Source: an uncultured Halobacteriales archaeon
Lineage (GTDB): Archaea; Halobacteriota; Halobacteria; Halobacteriales; Haloarculaceae
Length of the DNA stretch: 35,409 nt
Assembly (NCBI GenBank): GCA_964423305.1
Contig: CAYREK010000009.1
Span: 1-35,409 of the forward strand
Direction of reading: 5' to 3'
The position numbers were made by a program, and so were the translations under genes. The notes beneath the pieces are model-generated. The model saw only the letters and a list, made by a program, of their open reading frames with translations. It was not told the DNA's origin and searched no databases. Of this stretch, positions 28,363 to 35,409 are shown one piece after another (the stretch's first letter is position 1; each line of letters starts with the position of its first letter).

Positions 28363-28974
28363 TCAGACTAGCTGTCCGGCCCGCATCGCGAGAGCGGCTC
28401 CTGGAGCGATGGTGAGGTTGTCGTCGACGACCCGATCCCCGACGGTGACGGTCACCCCGTCGGCGCCCGTCGCAGCGGCGGCGCCAGCGACCGCGACGAC
28501 CGGCGGGACGAAGGCGACGGCGATCGCCGCACACGCGGTAAACATCACCGCGAGCGCTCGCGGCTGTTTTACTCGTCCCACGGCGTCGCCGCTCGCGATC
28601 CCGCTGATTGGGTCCCCGAACGCGAGCATCAACACGGCCGGGACGGCGATCGTCGGCGCGAACGCGACCGCGACGGCCGCACTCGAGACCAGGTACAGCG
28701 CGTAGCCGGCGACGATCTCCGCCTCGTACTCCCGGGTGAGATGCTCGTAGACGACCCACTCGAGCCCGACCGAGAGCCGCACGGCCTCGAGAACCGTGGC
28801 GACGGCGGCCGCGGCGATCAACAGCCCCGTCACCTGTGCCCACGTGGCGATGTTGGCGAGGTACAGCCCCGGGAACGCCGCCCCACTCGCGTGGACGAGC
28901 CGACGCCCGAACTCGTCGCCCGGCGGGGCCAGGCCGTCTCCGATACGGACGCCGAGCCCGTCCCCGTCGGCCAT
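28363..28974 (-). CDS. Dolichol/phytol kinase family membrane protein
   Basis: RRLVHASG, TREYE..VAGY, FGDPISG, DDNLTI; ATG overlaps the glyS stop (TAATG). Confidence 0.85.
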   Translation of the reverse strand: MADGDGLGVRIGDGLAPPGDEFGRRLVHASGAAFPGLYLANIATWAQVTGLLIAAAAVATVLEAVRLSVGLEWVVYEHLTREYEAEIVAGYALYLVSSAAVAVAFAPTIAVPAVLMLAFGDPISGIASGDAVGRVKQPRALAVMFTACAAIAVAFVPPVVAVAGAAAATGADGVTVTVGDRVVDDNLTIAPGAALAMRAGQLV

Positions 28975-30701
28975 TACAGCTCCTCGAACGAGCGATCGCC
29001 GTCCCGAATCGAGCGGAGCGTCTCCGCGAGCCCGTCGGTCTGGATCCGGCGCTGTGCGGTTGTGTCCCGGTCGCGGACTGTCACCGTCTCCTCCTCGAGG
29101 CTCTCGTAGTCGACGGTCACGCAAAACGGCGTTCCGATCTCGTCCTGGCGACGGTACCGTCGCCCGATCGACCCCGAGTCGTCGTAGGCGACCGCAATTC
29201 CCGCCGCCCGCAGCCGCTCGGCTACCGTTCTGGCGCGCTCGGCGAGTCCGTCCCGGTCCATCAGCGGGAGCACGCCGACCGTCGTCGGCGCCACCGCCGG
29301 CGGGACTGCGAGGTACGCCCGCTTTTCCCCGTCGACGGTGTCCTCGTTGTACCCGTGGGCGAGCACGGTGTACACGAGCCGGTCGATCCCGAAGGACGGC
29401 TCGACGACGTGGGGTGTAATGTGCTCGCCGGACTCGGTGACCTCCTCGACGGCGAACCCGGTGTGCTCGACCGGCACCTCGTGGCGATCCCCGGCGGCCT
29501 CGACGACCACCCGCTCGCCCTCGAATGCGTCCGGATCGCGCTCGACGAGTTCCTCTAAGGCCGTCGCGATCGCGGCGGCGTCGCTCCCGAAGGCCGGCCC
29601 CAGCTCGCTCATGTCGGGATCGACGGTCGGGCGCTCGACGGTCACGGGCTCGTCGTACTGGCGAAAGACCGAGTACTCCTCGCCGGTTCCGGCGGCGTGT
29701 TTCTCCAGGTCGTAGCTCCCGCGGTAGGCGAAGCCGGTCAGCTCGATCCAGTCGTCCTCTACCTCGGCCTCGGCGTCCCAGCAGTCCGCGGCGTAGTGAG
29801 ACAGCTCCTCAGAGTGGTGCTGGCGGTACCGGAACCGGTCCATGTCGACACCGATCTCGTCGTACCACCCAAGCGAGCGCCCCAGGTAGTAGGCCACCCA
29901 CGGCTCGACGGCGCCCGCCTCGACGGCCGATCGAACCGTCAGGGACCGCACGTCGCCGCCGGTCCGTTGGGCGTCGGCGGTGTACAGCGGGAGCTCGATG
30001 TCCGCGACCCGCTCGAGGGGCGGCTCGTCGCGGTCCGGATCGAAGAAGTGCTCGAGCTCGGCCTGGACGAGCGCACGCAGGCGGAGCAGTCCCTTCCGGG
30101 GGCTGATCTCGTTGCGGTAGGCGTCGCCGATCTGTGCGACCCCGAAGGGCAGCTGGTTGCGGGCGTACTCGGCAAACTGCGGGAAATCGATGAAAATCCC
30201 CTGTGCGGTCTCGGGGCGGAGATAGCCCGGCGAGCCGCTCCCGGGCCCGATGTTCGTCTCGAACATCAGGTTGAAACTCTCGACGGGCCGGTCTGCCAGG
30301 GCGGTCCCACAGACCGGACAGCCAATCTCGCGGTCTGCGATCAGCTCCCCGATCCGCTCGGGAGACAGTGCCTCGGCCTCCTTGAGATCGGTTGCGTCCT
30401 CGACGAGGTGATCCGCGCGGTGACTCGCCCCGCATTCGGGACACTCGACGATCATGTCGTCGAAGGTCTCGAGGTGTCCCGAGGCCTCGAACACCGCTCC
30501 GGGCAGCACGTCCGGGGCGCTGATCTCCATGTGGCCCTCGCGGGTCACGAACAGCTCCCGCCAGGCAGCCTCGATGTTGTCCTTGAGCGCGGCCCCCTGT
30601 GGACCGTAGGTGTACAATCCGGCGACCCCGCCGTAGGGCTCGGCCGTCTGGCTGAAAAATCCCCGTCGCTTCGCAAGCTCCGCGATCGCCCCGTCGCTCA
30701 T
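28974..30701 (-). CDS. glyS: Glycine--tRNA ligase
   Basis: LAKRRGF, YLRPETAQG, RNEISPR, LSHYAADCWD, VEPSFGIDR, GSIGRRYRRQDEIGTP. Confidence 0.97.
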   Translation of the reverse strand: MSDGAIAELAKRRGFFSQTAEPYGGVAGLYTYGPQGAALKDNIEAAWRELFVTREGHMEISAPDVLPGAVFEASGHLETFDDMIVECPECGASHRADHLVEDATDLKEAEALSPERIGELIADREIGCPVCGTALADRPVESFNLMFETNIGPGSGSPGYLRPETAQGIFIDFPQFAEYARNQLPFGVAQIGDAYRNEISPRKGLLRLRALVQAELEHFFDPDRDEPPLERVADIELPLYTADAQRTGGDVRSLTVRSAVEAGAVEPWVAYYLGRSLGWYDEIGVDMDRFRYRQHHSEELSHYAADCWDAEAEVEDDWIELTGFAYRGSYDLEKHAAGTGEEYSVFRQYDEPVTVERPTVDPDMSELGPAFGSDAAAIATALEELVERDPDAFEGERVVVEAAGDRHEVPVEHTGFAVEEVTESGEHITPHVVEPSFGIDRLVYTVLAHGYNEDTVDGEKRAYLAVPPAVAPTTVGVLPLMDRDGLAERARTVAERLRAAGIAVAYDDSGSIGRRYRRQDEIGTPFCVTVDYESLEEETVTVRDRDTTAQRRIQTDGLAETLRSIRDGDRSFEEL

Positions 30702-31555
30702 CGCACCGCCTCCAGTAGGTGCATATCCTGGACGATTCCCTCGAGGCGGTCACCGCCGACCATCGGCACCTGCTCGATGTCGTGTTCGATCAGCAGCTGG
30801 GCGGCCTCGCGGACGGTCCGGGTGGTGCCGACGGTCACGAGTTCCGGGGTCATCACGTCCTCGACCGGCGTCGCCGGAATCTCGACGTTCCGGGTCGGGA
30901 GGTAGCTGTTGCCGACCGCCTTGATTCCCTCCCAGGACCAGTCGCTGTCCTCGCCGGCGATCGACTCGCCGGTGTCCTCTTCGCCCTCGACTACGCGGGC
31001 AACGGCGATTATGTCTTCTTCGGTCAGCATACCAGTCGGGCGGGCCTGCTCGTCGAGCACCACCGCGTAGGGCACGCCCGCGAAGGACAGCTCCCGCTCC
31101 CCAACCGGGAGCGGTGTTCCGGCGTACACGCAGTTGACCTCTCGGCCGGCGACGGTCTCGACGGCCGCGTCGGCCCCGGTGGTGATCTCCCCGCGGGCGA
31201 TCGCCCGGACCGCGTCGGTGACGGTGACGATCCCTTCGAGCCGATCGCCCTCGACGACCGGCAGGCGCCGCTCCCCGCCTGTGACCATCAGCTCGATCGC
31301 CTCGGCCAGCGAAGCCTCCTGCGAGATCGTCGCGACCGACTCGGCCAGCATCGCGAGCTGATCCTCGTTGGGGTGTTCGATCAGCTCGGTCCGGGAGACC
31401 AGTCCCCGGTAGACCGGGCCCTCGGCGGTTTCTTTGAGCACGGGGACCGAGGAGAACGGGCGCTCTTTGAGATACTCGAGGATGTCGTCTCTTGTCCCCG
31501 GTAGCTCGACGGTGACGACCTCTGCCCCGGAGGTCATGACGTCTTCGACGTTCAT
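30698..31555 (-). CDS. CBS-domain protein
   Basis: MNVEDVMT...four CBS repeats, WSWEGIK motif; ATG at 31555; overlaps the glyS start. Confidence 0.88.
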   Translation of the reverse strand: MNVEDVMTSGAEVVTVELPGTRDDILEYLKERPFSSVPVLKETAEGPVYRGLVSRTELIEHPNEDQLAMLAESVATISQEASLAEAIELMVTGGERRLPVVEGDRLEGIVTVTDAVRAIARGEITTGADAAVETVAGREVNCVYAGTPLPVGERELSFAGVPYAVVLDEQARPTGMLTEEDIIAVARVVEGEEDTGESIAGEDSDWSWEGIKAVGNSYLPTRNVEIPATPVEDVMTPELVTVGTTRTVREAAQLLIEHDIEQVPMVGGDRLEGIVQDMHLLEAVR

Positions 31556-31595
31556 GATGGTCAATTTCTTCGGTCCGTCTACAAAGCTCTTACAC

Positions 31596-31880
31596 TTACG
31601 TCTCAATCCGAAAGACCGGTTCCGAGACGGCCTCGCCGCGACAGGCCGGACACCGGCTCGGCCGGCTCGCGGGCTCGTCGAACCCATCGAACCCACACTC
31701 CCGACAGACCGGCGGCGCGACCAGCAGCTGTGCGTCTTCGGCGGCCACCGACCGAGCGACGTGTTCGACCGCCTCGACGGCCGCCGCGGGGGCGATCTCG
31801 AACTCTCGGGCGAGTTCGCTGGGCGACAGCGGCTCCTCGCGGAGTCGGTCGGCGATCCGCTCGCGGGTCGTCCGTTCCAT
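31596..31880 (-). CDS. HTH plus Zn-ribbon putative transcriptional regulator (COG3357-like)
   Basis: TTRERIADRL HTH, CRECGF...PSRCPAC. Confidence 0.85.
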   Translation of the reverse strand: MERTTRERIADRLREEPLSPSELAREFEIAPAAAVEAVEHVARSVAAEDAQLLVAPPVCRECGFDGFDEPASRPSRCPACRGEAVSEPVFRIET

Positions 31881-31942
31881 TGCCGGCTCGTTCGTCTCGG
31901 TGGTTCATAAGTGACATTACCCCGGGCTGGCAGGCTTGGCCT

Positions 31943-32902
31943 ATGGACGCCGTGGTTCTCGCCGGCGGATACGCCACGCGGCTGTGGCCGATCACCCGCC
32001 ACCGTCCGAAGATGTTCCTCCCGGTGGGCGAGACGACCGTCATCGACCGCGTGCTCGGGGCGCTTGAGTCCGACGCCCGGGTCGAGGATGTCTACGTGAG
32101 CACGAACGAGCGCTTCGCCGAGGAGTTCACCGAGCACCTACGAGCCGCCCCCTACGAGAAGCCCCGCCTCAGCGTCGAGGAGACCGTCGCCGAGGACGAG
32201 AAACTCGGCGTCGTCGGGGCACTCGCCCAGCTCGTCGAGCGGGAGGGCATCGGCGGGACGGAGCTGCTCGTCGTCGCCGGCGACAACCTGCTCGGGTTCG
32301 ACCTCTCGGAGTTTATCGATTTCTTCGAGGCCGGCGAGACCGCCGCCCTGGCGGCCCACGATGTTGGCTCCCGCGAGCGGGCACAGCAGTTCGGCCTGGT
32401 CGAACTCGAAGGCGACCGGGTCGTCGACTTCCAAGAAAAGCCCGACGAGCCGGCCAGCACGCTCGTCTCGATTGCCTGTTATGCGTTTCCGGCCGAGGAG
32501 GTCCGGTTCGGGGAGTACCTCGACGGGGAGAACAACCCCGACGAGCCGGGCTGGTTTCTCCAGTGGCTTCAGGGCCGCAGTACGGTCCGTGCGTTCACCT
32601 TCGCGGACCCCTGGTTCGACATCGGCACGCCCGAGAACTACCTCGACGCGGTCGCGTGGGCGCTGGAGGGCGGGACCCGCGTCGCCGAGACCGCGACCGT
32701 CGACAACGTTGCCCTCGGAGCGAACGTCCACGTGATGGACGGCGCGACCGTCCGCAACGCCACCTTAGAGCGGGCGGTCGTGTTCCCGAACGCGACTATC
32801 GAGGACGCCACACTCCGGGAGTCGCTGGTCGATCACGACGCCCTCGTTCGGGGACTCGACTCGACGGGCGCGCTGATCGGTGCCCACAGCCGTCTGCCCT
32901 GA
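31943..32902 (+). CDS. Sugar-phosphate nucleotidyltransferase (NDP-sugar synthase)
   Basis: VVLAGGYATRLWP..RPK, AGDNL, FQEKP, WFDIGT, C-terminal beta-helix; ATG at 31943. Confidence 0.9.
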   Translation: MDAVVLAGGYATRLWPITRHRPKMFLPVGETTVIDRVLGALESDARVEDVYVSTNERFAEEFTEHLRAAPYEKPRLSVEETVAEDEKLGVVGALAQLVEREGIGGTELLVVAGDNLLGFDLSEFIDFFEAGETAALAAHDVGSRERAQQFGLVELEGDRVVDFQEKPDEPASTLVSIACYAFPAEEVRFGEYLDGENNPDEPGWFLQWLQGRSTVRAFTFADPWFDIGTPENYLDAVAWALEGGTRVAETATVDNVALGANVHVMDGATVRNATLERAVVFPNATIEDATLRESLVDHDALVRGLDSTGALIGAHSRLP

Positions 32903-32910
32903 TCGCCGGT

Positions 32911-33681
32911 TCACTCGACGAGCTGCGTGAACCCGTAGCGGGGCTGAACCTCCGTCACCCGCACCTGTCGAGTCTCGCCGACCTCGGTGCCGGGCACGAA
33001 CAGCGTGAACCCCTCGACGCGGGCGATGCCGTCGCCCTCGTCGCCGATGTCGACGATCTCGACGGTCAGCTCCTCGCCGGTCCGGACCGGCGCTGTCAGT
33101 CGTCCTTTTCCGACCAGGTACAGCTCCGAGGAGGGGTCCCGCGAGGCCTCTGGCCGGACCTGTCGGACGTACTCGAACTCATCCTCGATGTCCGCGGCCA
33201 GCTCCTCAAGATCTCGCCCGTCGAAGACCTTCGCGACGAAGTCTCCGCCGGGCCCGAGTACCGCCGTCGCGACCGCCAGCGCCTGCCGAACCAGGTGCAC
33301 CGACCGGGCGTGATCCACGTTGTACTCGCCGGTCACGTTCGGCGCCATGTCCGAGACGACCAGATCCGCGCCTTCCCCGACGGCGGCCGCGATCCGCTCG
33401 CGGGTCCGGTCCTCGGTCACGTCCCCACGCAGGTACTCGACGGTTGCGTCGGTCTCGATCGGGTCGATCTGCTGGCGGTCGACTCCGACGACGGTCCCCT
33501 CGGAACCGATCTGTTCGGCCGCGACCTGCAGCCACCCGCCCGGGGCCGCCCCCAGGTCGACGACCGTCTCTCCCCGCCCGAGCAGGTCGGCGGTCTCGTC
33601 GAGCTGTTTGAGCTTGTAGGCCGACCGTGCCCGGTAGCCCTCCTGTTTCGCGCGGTTGTAGTATTCATCCTGGCCTGTCAT
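32911..33681 (-). CDS. rlmE: 23S rRNA U2552 2'-O-methyltransferase with C-terminal TRAM domain
   Basis: YRARSAYKL, DLGAAPGGW, SDMAPN, AKVF, ASRDPSSELY, TRAM (GDEGDGIARVEGFTLFV). Confidence 0.95.
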   Translation of the reverse strand: MTGQDEYYNRAKQEGYRARSAYKLKQLDETADLLGRGETVVDLGAAPGGWLQVAAEQIGSEGTVVGVDRQQIDPIETDATVEYLRGDVTEDRTRERIAAAVGEGADLVVSDMAPNVTGEYNVDHARSVHLVRQALAVATAVLGPGGDFVAKVFDGRDLEELAADIEDEFEYVRQVRPEASRDPSSELYLVGKGRLTAPVRTGEELTVEIVDIGDEGDGIARVEGFTLFVPGTEVGETRQVRVTEVQPRYGFTQLVE

Positions 33682-34216
33682 GCGTACCTCACCAAATTCC
33701 CTGACATGTTCCGCGTCGAAATCGCGGGCGAATCTGCGTTCATACGGGAAGAGACGTCGCCAAAGCGGAAAGGGACATCGGAGTGAACGTGCCCGGTAAA
33801 GAGATCTCCGTACAGGTTCGAGTAATATCTCACACGAAAGTATCAGACTCCAATTTTGTTGTTTTGCTAAACAGGAATCACCAAGTCAAAATCCTCCGAA
33901 TTATCGAGTGAGAACGAAAGAAGAAGCAGCCCCAAACTGGCAAAATACAGAGGAAGGGAGCACAGAGCGCGCAAATAGAATCACTTTGGAAAGAAACCAA
34001 CCGCCGATCAGAGATATGTATAACCAAACCGATACTTCGGTGATCGGAACCACCGATTGTGTCGAGTTGGGGACTCACTCTCTGTGACGGCACTGATCAC
34101 ACCAACACATGTCGATCACCAACACCTCGACCGAAGCCTCGGAACAGAACAGCATCGTGAACAGCCTCATCGGACAGGTCACCGAGCGGTTCTCCAGCGA
34201 CACGGAACCCGTCCAG

Positions 34217-35409
34217 TCTGACCTCGATCTGCTGGAGATGCCATCTACGTCCGTCTCGGCGAGGGTGACTTCGACTATCTGGTCGAGGCGGGGTACGAGC
34301 TTGCCGCGCTGAATTTCCTCCTCAGGGGCGTCACGATGATCAACTCGATGGACGTCCGGCCGAGTGCGGGCGCGGAGACGTTCGGAGAAGCGGGGCTCCG
34401 CGGCTTCTTCGGCCCAACCATCACAGACTTGTTCTGGGATATTCCCGTCAACGAGCAATTCGACCGCGCTCGGGCGTTCATCGACGAGCACCACGACACC
34501 TACGATGGACGAATCCGGGCGACGATCTGCCCGCACGACGACTGGTCGTATACGCGCGACCTGTGGGAGCGTACTGCCGATCTTGCGGCCGAGTATCCCG
34601 ACCTGCTCATCCACACCCATCTGCTCGAACTCGAGGAGAGCAACACGATGGCACGAGCAAACGGCGGCGAAGATTCGCTCGACCTTCTTGATGAGGTTGG
34701 CTTACTCGATGACCGGCTGATTGCGGCGCACTTCCGCGTCGCCGATGAGGCGGACATCGAGCGTACTGCCGAGGCGAACGCGTCCGTGGCACACTGCCCG
34801 TCGGTGTTCTGTTACTGGAACCCGGACGCCGAGATGCAGTGGACGCCCGTCCCGGAACTGCGAGAGGCGGATGTCGACGTCGGGCTGGGCATCGACGACC
34901 ACTACTGGCACGACTCCTACAGCATGTTCGGCGAGGCCCGACAGGTCCGTCTCGCGGCCAACGTCAAGCAGACGACCGGCCAGTTCTCCTCGATGGAACT
35001 GGTGCGGATGCTGACGATCGACGGGGCTCGGGCACTGGGTGTCGGCGACGAGATCGGGAGCATCGAACCAAGCAAGCGGGCGGACATCATCCTCCTCGAC
35101 GTGGACAAGCCGAAGTTCACGCCGCTGACCAACATACCTGCCCACATCGTGAACAACGCCGCGCCGGCGGACGTGGAGACGGTCATCGTCGACGGAGAAA
35201 TCGTGATGCAAGGTGAGGCACCGAAGACGATGAATGCCGACGCGGTACAGCAGCGCGTGGAGGAGGCAGTCGAACGCTTTGCCGACGAGACGGGGTGGGA
35301 ACTGGACATTGGAGGCGGTGAGCCACCGGGGTCGGTCGAGACGATCCGAGACCTCCACAAGCGTGGGCCTGCCCGCCTGCTTTCTCGCCTCGCCCTCCAA
35401 TCGGCGCGT
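34217..35409 (+). pseudogene. Amidohydrolase (MTA/SAH-deaminase-like), N-terminally deleted and frameshifted; runs off the window
   Basis: Frame 1 is open from 34222 to the window end: GVTMINSMD, ICPHDDWS, IHTHLLE, AAH, VAHCPS, GLGIDD, GARALG..IGSIEPSKRADIILLD. It has no N-terminal HxH motif and an in-frame TGA at 34219-34221. The residues SDLDLLEM lie in a different frame (ORF 34109-34312). Confidence 0.72.

Noticed and set aside
29697-30905. Long antisense or alternative-frame ORFs (also 690-1493, 9402-10391, 17404-18471, 20178-21260, 22191-23114, 32563-33786)
   Set aside because: Shadow ORFs expected at high GC3; they have no motifs and overlap well-supported genes.
33878-34093. 71-aa minus-strand ORF in the AT-rich junction
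   Set aside because: Atypical composition and codon usage with no recognisable family; probably spurious.
1-35409. tRNA, rRNA, CRISPR arrays, transposases and defence systems
   Set aside because: None recognised by eye in any intergenic gap; a covariance-model search would be needed to exclude small ncRNAs.

Overview
GC-rich haloarchaeal (Halobacteria) chromosomal window containing the main replication origin. The order polD1(DP1) - sec11 - orc1/cdc6 - oriC1 (inverted ORBs around an AT-rich DUE) - oapABC is the conserved haloarchaeal origin neighbourhood. To the left are pan (partial), a rad3/XPD helicase and serB. To the right are two small conserved ORFs, the glyoxylate-shunt genes aceA-aceB, an M28 peptidase, hef and a presenilin-like protease. 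These are followed by a FabH-like / acyl-CoA synthetase / Liv-type ABC transporter / alpha-beta hydrolase cluster, then dolichol kinase - glyS - CBS protein, an HTH/Zn-ribbon protein, an NDP-sugar synthase and rlmE. The last ~1.6 kb has an AT-rich junction and a frameshifted, N-terminally deleted amidohydrolase. I found no tRNA, rRNA, CRISPR array or transposase. The most notable observation is an inverted pair of near-consensus ORB (Orc1-binding) elements inside the coding linker of polD1, ~3 kb from the origin and arranged like the origin ORBs. Other points of interest are an ORB next to the orc1 start, clustered CTAG sites in the DUE, an unannotated 43-aa acidic ORF, a 21-aa uORF coupled to rlmE, and substitutions at conserved residues across the liv operon. 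All family calls are from motif recognition by eye; no searches were run.
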